The notes beneath the pieces are model-generated. The model searched no databases. It was given only the letters and a program-made list of their open reading frames with translations, and was not told the DNA's origin. From the NCBI GenBank assembly GCA_026025795.1, contig JAPEUG010000131.1:1-38924 (forward strand): 38,924 nucleotides of DNA, given 5' to 3'. The stretch's first letter is position 1; the number at the start of each line of letters is the position of its first letter. The DNA comes from Thelocarpon superellum (lineage: Eukaryota). Shown in pieces: positions 13,438 through 22,698 of this stretch. The position numbers were made by a program, and so were the translations under genes.

Positions 13438-14001
13438 CAAAGGGAGGCCGCATCTGCGGATGGCACACCGGTCTTGCTTCTTGTTGAGGGGATGTGTTAG
13501 GAATAGTAGCTGCGCGGCCCCAGCACGTGACTTAGCATAGTAGTGGAGCAGCGCTGGCCCCGGGGACTCCGACCCTACAGTCAATCAATGGGCCTATCGC
13601 TGCTGGTCTTCCTACCCGATCGCGCGAGCACTGTAACAGGATGGGTGATCCGAGCTTGGGCCTGGAGATGCAGGCGAGGGATTATGTAACAAATCCATCG
13701 AGCATCCCGCACGACAGACAGAATAATAATGTGAGGAACAGCTCACTAGCGCAGCTTCGTCGCTTCCGAACAATTCGTTCTCGGTGCCCAAGTTGGAGCT
13801 ATACGAGAACAGAGCCTCATCGAGCTCATCTGTCCGCGCCACGCCCTGACGTTCCATGATGCAACGGACCAGAAGAACGGCGCTTAATCGTCTGCCATAT
13901 GCTGATCCGCCCTAGCGTCCTCCGATGCCCCAGCGTGTGAGAGAGGAACTTCCATATATCGACGGTAGCGACCGCCTGAGTCCACGGCCTATCGTTCCAA
14001 A

Positions 14002-16338
14002 ATGGCGGCCAACACTCGCTCGTACACTGTGCGGCCTTTCTCCAAGCCGCCGCATTCGGATCTCAGTGATGCGTTGCGGATCTTTCTTTCTCCTGCCGTA
14101 TGCTGGCTACACGAGCTTGACGCCGGCGACCCATGTGATATAATCAAAGATGGTATTCCTTGTGGGACTGCCGTGGCATGGCCTGCTTCCGAAAAGATTC
14201 AAGATCAAGTCGTGCAGACCTCCAAAGTCTTGCAGCGGTCCTTTGGCCTCAGCCTCGGGGACAAGATTTCAATTCGCAAGAGAGATCGTCCGCTGGAAGT
14301 GGCAAGCGAAATCTACCTGCAGGACATCACGCCTCCCACCGCAGAGGCCACATCTCTTTCCACAGAGCGGGACAAGGAAAACGCTCATTGGGAGTGGTTC
14401 CTCGAATATCCTCTAGGTAGCGGCCCTCGTCCCTCGTACATGACCACCCACTTATCTGCTTCACTCGCAGGGAAAGTCGGCGTCGTAGCTTCTAGCATGA
14501 TCCTCGAAAACTTGGAGGCCAAGAGCATCCGACGCAGCTTTCGCATTCATCATATTGATGGCGACCACTCCATTGCGCAGCTCAGTTCGACGATTCGAGT
14601 GCACATTCTGCCACCTTCCGTGCCCTCTAACGGCTTCGCCGCCAAGTCGCTGGAGATTACGCCGACGAGTATTGGAGGCCTTCGAGTACAGATCGAGAGG
14701 CTGAACAAGGTCTTGAAGGCGTGTGATGATCCCTTGGAGGCCGATCATTCCTGGTTCACGAGACCTGCTGGTCTACTCCTGTACGGCGCCAAAGGCACCG
14801 GCAAGACCATGATTCTGGACCGGATTGCCGCAACGTCTTGGGGGACGGTGTTCCGCATTGATTTTCCGCGGACTGCCATGGCCATTCGAAAGACGTTTGC
14901 AGAGGCGCGCAAGTCCCAACGGAGCATCATCATCTTTGACCACCTCGAGACATTGATCTCAAAAGGGGGTGCGCCTTCCGGCGAAGGTGACGCTGCGGTA
15001 GTGCTGAGCAGCGAGATGAAATGCTTGAACACATCGCTCGAAGGCCCCCAAATTCTTGTGGTCGGAGCCACAAACCGGATCGCTGACCTCGATGAGACTT
15101 TACGATCTCCAGGACCCTTTGAATTCGAAATCGAGATTCCGATTCCAGATGCAGTCGCCCGTGTCGAGATTCTCAAATCTATTACAAAGACTCCGCCGGA
15201 CGCCATTGATCCCCTGCTTGAAGACCTAGGCCAGCGATCCCACGGTTATACGGGGGCTGACTTACGGATCCTGCTACGCACCGCGAACTGTGAGGCTGCG
15301 GACCGTCGGCGGCGTCATCACGTCGAAACAGATGGCCCTTCCTTAACTAACATCGGCGATGGCCACGACACTGCACATGGTCTCCTAGGCGTCGACGTGG
15401 ACCAGGCCATGCTACGCATTCGACCCAGTGCGATGCGTGAAATTTTCCTGGAAGTTCCCGCCATCAAGTGGTCTGATATCGGTGGCCAAGAGGAGATCAA
15501 GCGATCTCTTACTGAAGCCGTAGAATGGCCAATCAAGGTAAAGCTCGTCTTCCTTGGGCTTTCATGGACCATGATGCTGATCGTGCCGTAGTACCCCGCT
15601 CGTATGCATCGACTCGGCATCGAACCAAAAAAGGGCCTTTTACTCTATGGTCCGCCGGGATGTTCCAAGACCTTGACGGCCAAGGCGCTGGCGACTGAAG
15701 CTGGATTCAACTTCATCGCCGTGAAAGGGCCGGAGCTCCTGAGCATGTACGTGGGGGAATCCGAGCGCGCCCTACGCAATGTGTTTGAAAAAGCGCGAGC
15801 GGCCAGTCCCAGCATCATCTTCTTCGACGAGATTGACACCATCGCTAGCCGTCGAGAAGATCGGCACAGCAGTGGCTTGCACTGCCTGGAAACCCTGCTG
15901 AACGAGATGGATGGGATCGAGACGTTAAACGGCGTCTTTGTCCTCGCCGCCACCAACAAACCCGACATGCTTGACACGGCGCTGCTCCGACCTGGACGCT
16001 TTGATTCCGTCCTCTACGTCGGCCCACCTGATCTCCTGGCCCGACGCGACATCCTTCGCGCTCACGCCCGCAAGATGGACATTGATGAGACGGTGGATAT
16101 CGATCAACTAGCCCAGTCAATGGATGGCCACTCGGGTGCGGAGATTGTGGAGATCTGCAAGAAGGCCGGGTACCTTGCCTTTCACGACTCGGTCAGCAAT
16201 GAATCCGAGGTACAAATCAGCCATAGACACTTTGACTTGGCCATGGACCAAGTACCACGCCAAATATCACCGGGACTACGGCAAAAGTATGAACGGTGGC
16301 GTGCGGGAGGATTTAGGGACGACGATTCCTCCTCATGA
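14002..16338 (+). CDS. AFG2: AFG2/Drg1 (SPATA5)-like double-ring AAA+ ATPase
   Basis: Exons 14002-14416, 14471-15537 and 15592-16338. The D1-D2 linker IRPSAMREIFLEVP.IKWSDIGGQ is present. D2 has GPPGCSKTLTAKALATE (the CSKT variant typical of Afg2), IIFFDEID and ALLRPGRFD. Confidence 0.85.
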
Positions 16339-17061
16339 TGATGAGGAATGGTGGAGGACGAGACCCGGGAGGACGAGCATCGCGACGGTCCACCCCCGGC
16401 CAACCCAGTTATCCGCTCTCCCCTCTGCTCTCGTTACATTTTAGCTAATGCCCAAAAAAACCCTGCGCCTCATGAATTCTAGCTATATTTCCCGATGTTT
16501 CGCGATGAGAGGGGCTCATCCCCCGTGCACGTGCAGAATCCGGCAATCTCCGCATATCGATTCTAGCCATCGTGTTCTCCGCTTGTTCTGAGACACGGGG
16601 GCCACTCGTCGATGAAGATGCAGTTAAAGACATCCAGAAGCGTTCATTCATTTAGACGAGTCGCGACGTCTTTCGAGTCCTCCAATCAATTACAGCCTCC
16701 CCAGTATGTGAACGAAGGTTCACACGCCGCCACCCCTCCATCCATCCATCCTCCGCCGCGGCCAGGGTGTCGGGTCGCCAGACTGCTATATAGGCTGCGT
16801 GATGGCTTGGCGCGTGCTTCATACCTAGACTTTCGTTCTCCGTGATGTCGTGGCTGCGATACGATACGACACGATACAGTACTGTACGATCGCGAACTGG
16901 TTCATTTGCTCAAGAGGCGGGACTGGTTTGATCTAATCAGAGCCTCTTGGCTTTGGGTCTTCTAGCAACTGCTTCCCTTGCCTAGATCCCTGGCACTGTT
17001 GTGCGTGCAGTGGGCTTCCATCTTTGAGGACCTCGCACCTCGCCATATCCCATCGTCTCCA

Positions 17062-18221
17062 TCACCGCCTGCCGCCCGGCCGCCGCGTTCGGCTCCGACT
17101 TCGGCTCCGATCACTGTAGCTGCTGTAGGTACTGTAACTGGGGCTTCGCCTCCGACGGGCCCCACGCGGTGGGCTTTCTCGTCGACCGCCACCATATCGT
17201 CGTCGAGGTCCTCGCGAGCGGGAGCGAGAGCGGGATCGGGACGAGAAGGACGGAGATCGACGGCGACGTGGAGGAGGAGGCGAACGCGAGCGGGAGTATG
17301 AGCGGGGACGGTAGGTATCGGGGTCCCGGCCCCGTGGCTCCGGCCCCCCGAATCGTCTCGGGGAGCTGCGGCGTCCCGGGGGTGGTGAACGGTAGCGACC
17401 TCCTCCAGCACCTCCGTACCCGGATGGAGGACCGCGATATCCTCCGCCTGGTGGACCATTGCGAGGCTCGAACCGCTCAAAGTTCGGCCCGGCGCGTCGT
17501 GCCGGTGGCGGCGACCGCGAGAATTTGCGACGCGGCAACACGATGGATACACTGATGACTGCCCCGTCAACCTGCGACTCATGCATGTGCGCAATGGCTG
17601 CTTCGGCATCTGCCGTCGTCCCGTAGACAATGTACGCCGTTCCGCGATTCGTCATGACTATGGCGTATCAGTACGAGCTGTCATCTCATCACGCGACCTC
17701 ACTCACACTGTCGATTCATCGGCATATCCAGATCCCGTATCACGCCGTATGCACCAAAGATTTCCTTCAAATGCCCCTCATTGACGTTTTTGGTGAGTTT
17801 CTCCACCACAATCTAGACGTCATCATTATCAGCAGCCGCCATCGCCCTGCTAGCTGCGTCACACCATTTCGGCCTTCCCACTCACCTTCGAGCTCGTTGA
17901 TGCGGGACTGATGCTCCGTCGGCGATTGACGCTCCTCGTGCGGCTTCGACTCCGGTACCGTTGTCCGACGCGTTCACGACTCCGGCTGCGAGACGGACTT
18001 CGACTCGGGCTGGCGCTGTAGCCTCTCCTGCCTCGGAAACCATTGCGACGTCGACCCCCACGGGAGGCAGATGATCGCGCTGGAGACCTCGAGCGCGACC
18101 GGGAACGTGGGGTGATGGACCGACGTGGAGAAGCTGATCTTGACACGCTGCGCACGCGACCTGCTCCGACTGCTGGGGAACGGGACAGCGATCGACCGCG
18201 ATGCCGAGGTGATCCTGCCAT
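17062..18221 (-). CDS. RNPS1: RNPS1-like SR/RRM protein (exon junction/ASAP complex)
   Basis: Exons 18221-17886, 17812-17707 and 17657-17062. An RS-rich N-terminus precedes the RRM IVVEKLTKNVNEGHLKEIFGAYG.I.DLDMPMNRQFMTNRGTAYI...AEAAIAHMHESQVDGAVISVSIV, then an RS/RP-rich C-terminus. Confidence 0.85.
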
Positions 18222-18500
18222 GGTTGTTTAATGTCTGAGGATGCTCCGATCGCTGTTGTGGATAAAAGTGAAGCGTATGCTCGCTTGAAGACGTCTAAAT
18301 CGCGTTCGGCTTCGCGCCTTTGAGCCAATTTGGAAGCAAGCTAACCACTGCACAAAGACAACAAAACCATACCAAAGGGCGCGGTTAATAGTGACCTCTC
18401 CATCTGAAATGGTTGCTGCTCGAACATGCCTAAGGATACCTAAATTTTCATTCTTGGCCCTGTAGTAACCCTTTACGATACTCCAGGCTACTCGGACACC

Positions 18501-18506
18501 AAAAAA
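18501..18506 (-). terminator. RNA polymerase III terminator (T6) of the tRNA gene
   Basis: TTTTTT on the minus strand begins 3 nt after discriminator A73. Confidence 0.8.
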
Positions 18507-18508
18507 CT

Positions 18509-18630
18509 TGCCCACTTTGAGAATCGAACTCAACACCTCATCATTACTCTGTGTGAGGCGTTAGCATAACTGGACCCACGGCGAACAGAATGTCTTACAG
18601 TGATGCGCTCTACCGATGAGCTAAGCGGGC
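18509..18630 (-). tRNA. tRNA-Thr(AGT) interrupted by a 50-nt intron (18598-18549) with spliceosomal signals
   Basis: Minus strand: acceptor GCCCGCT/AGTGGGC+A, D-arm GCTC-ATCGGTA-GAGC, anticodon stem CATCA/TGATG, variable loop AGGTG, T-arm TTGAG-TTCGATT-CTCAA. It is 72 nt after intron removal, with loop CT-AGT-AA. The G1:C72 and C2:G71 pairs fit Thr. Confidence 0.9.
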
Positions 18631-19402
18631 ATTCACTTGTCCGCTCCTTTCCCAGGAGAGCCCGCCACCTGCTGCACCATTCTGCCTTTCAGGTGGCAAT
18701 GGGGCCGTCAAGACAATACCTAAACAAACCTGAGGAAAACTGCGGACTCGAGCGCGAACTGGTCCAGCGTCATCTTGGTTCACCCTCCAACGTGCCTTGT
18801 GGACATGAAAAAGGATATCACGGGTCCCATAAGTTGCACATGCAGAGAATGACGTCCATACAAAGTGCCGTTCAGATACTTTGTCTTGCAACAATGTAGA
18901 CGTGAGGCGTCGGGCGCTGTCATGCCGTGAACGGGTGCCCTCCAGGCCGCCGCTTAACTCGCGGCGATAGATTGCGCCGACCCCGACGGAGCTATCGCGG
19001 GTTACTCGTACGAGAAGGAATACTCCAAGCTTCGTCTCGCTAGCACCGAATGGCCTACGCCACACCCGCGAACGACGCAACGCGCGTCTGGTTACGCACG
19101 TTCATCTTGGCGGAGGATACGCAACCCGACGCACGGCTGCGCAACGTAGTCCTCGGACGGCCGAGAGAGGGGCAATGCTGCTGGGTCCAGGCAGCCGTAC
19201 AAGTGCACGTCAACGCCACATGAGTCGCACTCTGGCAAGAAAATATTTAAGTCGGATGCAGGTGCTACGACATTCTTTCTTCACCTCGTCGACACTTTTG
19301 CGCGCGTCTGATATCATCTTATCGACTCCTCTTGATTCCCTCTACTGCATCCACACTCAAGTCTGTTGAACTTGACACTGCTTTCTATCGCACTTCTATA
19401 CC

Positions 19403-20485
19403 ATGACCCAAAAACTCCCTCGAAGCGCCGACGCTGCGGACGTTCAGCCCGTGATGCGGACCAATTCCGTCGTCTCGCAACTCCCAGCGTACTCTCCTGC
19501 GGACAATGCGGCGACGGCCGGGGCACCACCAGTGTACCCATCCGCAGAGGAAGAGAAGAGCCAGCTCCAAGAGTCCCTCAACCACGCAGCGAGCCCTGCC
19601 GCCGCGAATCACTCCGTCGACCGTGAACCGCAGCTCGAATCCACCTTCTTCATCCCGACACGCGACGCTCCAGGTCACGCCACAGCCACCACGTTGAACC
19701 GCGGGCTGCAAGTACCGACGTACAATCGTCTGGTGACGTCGGGATTCCCGTATCCTGACCGCTTGGCCCAACACAACGTGACGCCGGAGGACTGGGCACG
19801 GTTCACGAGCGAGATCACCACCGCCGCGCAGCTCAAGCCGGGAGACTGGGCGCTCTCGATCGGCGGCGGCACCGGCACGCTTCTGGTGTCTGGGCTGATC
19901 ATCGGCTGGTTCGGGCTCATCCCCGCTTACCTGATGGGACGGCACATCCACCGGCGTCTGGAAGAGCGCAATCTGACGGCCGCGCGCTCGACCGGGTCGC
20001 TGGAAGCACAACTCCTGAAGTGGAACCAAGAGTTCTTCGCGCCGCGCAGCCTGCTGATCCGGCTCGATCTGCCCGGCGAAGGCGCCGACCTGCCGGAGAT
20101 GGACATTGAGACGAAGAAATGGGGCCGCGGGGGCCGGTGCGCGGGCGGAGGATGGAAGAAAGACCCGGCGCAGTGGATGGCGGAGAAGGAGAGAGAAAAG
20201 GGCGAGAGGTGGAGCGAGCAGAAACGCGCGCGGTTCGAGGAGAAGCGGGCGCGCTGCGAGGCCTGGGCGCAACGCAAGCAAGACAAACGCGCGGCGAAGA
20301 TGGCGTGGAGTGAGGAGAAGCAGAAGCTCAAGGCGTTGAGAAAGGGACGGATCGTCATCATTCCCATGGGAAGCAAGGGCCCTGTCGACCTTTCACGAGG
20401 AGCGGTTGATAATGCGGGCACGAACGCTGCTACTGCCGCATCTCCGGTTGCTGCGGATCCCGAGAAGGATCTCTACTCTGCTTGA
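19403..20485 (+). CDS. Hypothetical fungal protein with a hydrophobic Gly-rich segment and a charged coiled coil
   Basis: 360-aa intronless ORF with strong GC3 bias and a pyrimidine-rich upstream region. It contains N-terminal LPAY/PPVY motifs, GFPYP..L..HNVTPEDWARF, a TM-like IGGGTGTLLVSGLIIGWFGLIPAYL, WNQEFFAPR and a K/E/R-rich helix. Confidence 0.75.
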   Translation: MTQKLPRSADAADVQPVMRTNSVVSQLPAYSPADNAATAGAPPVYPSAEEEKSQLQESLNHAASPAAANHSVDREPQLESTFFIPTRDAPGHATATTLNRGLQVPTYNRLVTSGFPYPDRLAQHNVTPEDWARFTSEITTAAQLKPGDWALSIGGGTGTLLVSGLIIGWFGLIPAYLMGRHIHRRLEERNLTAARSTGSLEAQLLKWNQEFFAPRSLLIRLDLPGEGADLPEMDIETKKWGRGGRCAGGGWKKDPAQWMAEKEREKGERWSEQKRARFEEKRARCEAWAQRKQDKRAAKMAWSEEKQKLKALRKGRIVIIPMGSKGPVDLSRGAVDNAGTNAATAASPVAADPEKDLYSA

Positions 20486-20710
20486 GTTCCGTCTTCTTTG
20501 TATTTTCTCTTCCATGATAGGTCGAATCTGAAATCTCCACTTGCTTGTCTCGTCTCTTGCCTAGCTACTGGGAACAGTCACGATCACGGACGTGCGAAGG
20601 GCTTCCGTGTCGGGTTTAGCCAAGCCGAGAAGTGCTGCGCTGCGCCCGTCGCCCAGAGATTCAGTCCGTCTGATCCTAGAGCTCATCTTCAAAGCAACAG
20701 CATTCTCGTC

Positions 20711-22311
20711 TCACCGCTGATGAACCAGCTTCCCACGCACCCACACGCGTAAAGTATTGCGGTCATCGCCGCTGTAGAACCATTTGGCGATGCGGTCGGG
20801 CCAGGTTTCATTGCCAAAGATGCTGATGGGGTTGTGCATCCAGCTTGTCTCTTCCTCCCCCTCCGCGTTCGTTTCCAAGGCCGACACCACGCCGCCTAGC
20901 TCCACAAGCTGCGCATCCCATTCCATCCCCACTTTAAAGGCACCCACGCGCCGTTCCAAACCTAAGAGACGTGCTCCGCCGTGCGTGGCGAGATACAGCA
21001 CCTCGTCGATCGATAACTTCGCTCGATTGTCGTCCGGTGTCTTCGCTCTCCCCTGCACGGCTCCGACAGACGCCGATACTTGAGATGACACGGCGGGTAA
21101 TAAGCGGCTCACCAGTGCAGCTTGACGCGCAGCTTCCAAGATGCTGGGTGAGTAGCCGCCCGAGACGTCGGTCCCGAGACCAACTTTGATCCCTGCATCT
21201 AACAAGGCCCGAACACGGGCGATGCCAGACCCCAGCGCGCTATTGCTCACCGGGCAATGGCTGACGCCAGTGCCGCGCCGGGCAATCAATTCGCGCTCGG
21301 CGTCGTCGACGTGAACGACATGCGCGAGCACCGTCCGCGGCGTCAACAACCGATGGTGGTCATAGACGGCGGTATAAGAGGCGTATCCCGGAAAGAGATC
21401 GCGCACGAGCTGGCATTCGGGCAGATTCTCGGACATGTGGGTCTGGATGGGAAGGTCGTGTCGGTGCGCCAGGTCGCCGAGTGCGGTGAGCGTGGCGGGG
21501 GTACATGATGGGGCGAACCGTGGCGTGAGGATGGGGCAGACGAGATCCCGTGAGGGGTCCAACTGCGTCATGTGGGCGATGGTGGCCATGGTAGCATCCA
21601 TGGCCGCCTCGGTCGATGCATCCTTGTAGTAGTCCGGCGAGAGGGCATCCATGCAGCACCGGCCGACAAAGGCACGCTGGCCGGCAGCATGGCAGATGTC
21701 AGCGAGGAGGTTGGTCGAGCCCACGTCCGCCGTGGCATAGTAGGCGGCCGTGGTCGTGCCATGAGCTAAGGTGCGCGAGACGCATCGTCGGTAGACAGTG
21801 CGTGCCTTTGTCAAGTCCCGGAGGGACGATTCCAAGGGGAAGGTATAGGTATTGAGCCAGTCGAGGAGGGTAGACTCCCCAAACACCCCCGCGTTGGGAT
21901 ACTGACTCGCATGGATGTGTGTGTCTGGGAGGTTATGTCAGCGGCGGTGGACAAGACTGCGAGACCTCCAGGATCTTGGAGACGTGGGAAGCCTCCTGGC
22001 GAGCAAGGGTACAGGGGTGAGCGGGCCGTACCGATAAAGCCAGGAAAGAAGAATTGGGTGCGAGAAGTGGAAGCAGAGACGATGGGAGCATCGTCCCATC
22101 CATGTTCTTTGGCGATGGATGCAACATCTCTTGGTCCGGTATCTCTCCGTCCTCTGTCTGCTGCTGCCCCTTCCCCAACTACACGCTCAACGAATGCAAT
22201 CTTTCCATGTTGGTCAACACCGATAACGCCCGAGTCAATGATCTCGAGTTCCCGTTCGTCCCGACAATGTACAAAGGTGCCCACGTAGATGGTCGGGTGG
22301 AGATTGACCAT
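20711..22311 (-). CDS. GUD1: Guanine deaminase (amidohydrolase family)
   Basis: Exon 22311-22032 (in-frame upstream ATGs at 22362 and 22389 are possible), intron 22031-21925, exon 21924-20711. Motifs FFPGFIDTHIHASQYPN.G.FG..TLLDWL..YTFP.E, PILTPRFAPSC, QTHMSEN, SHCP.SN, GLGTDVSGGYS and GDDRN...VWV.G. Confidence 0.95.
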
Positions 22312-22698
22312 CGTAGATCCGGTGTCGATTGGTGACGAGGGTCGTGGTGGGGTGTGATGCATGGTCGGCTGTCCAAATACCGCGTGCATCTGACGTCCGA
22401 GTCGAGCCGAGATAGCATCCGAGATGCGTCTGGGGGTGCTCCCGCTACAAGGATGCGGCTCTTAACGATCTAGATATCGCAATTGCGAAAGGACCAGGCC
22501 CCAAATCGGCACATCCTTCACGCTCTCCGTATCTATGTCACACATGGCAATGGTTGGAACAGACGGCTCGGTCGTTCACTTCATTTTACATGTAGCACGC
22601 GTACAACCACACCACCGAGGGTATCATGGATCGACCGGTCCCTAGACATGCCCAACGCCGATGCTGCTCGTCCATATCGCCACCTCCCAAGTCCCTGT

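Noticed and set aside
18509..18630. Calling the tRNA an ordinary tRNA-Tyr(GTA) with a canonical intron
   Set aside because: It lacks the C1:G72 Tyr identity pair, the body is Thr-like, and that reading leaves the exact GT/branch/AG signals and the restored AGT anticodon unexplained. Kept only as an alternative hypothesis.
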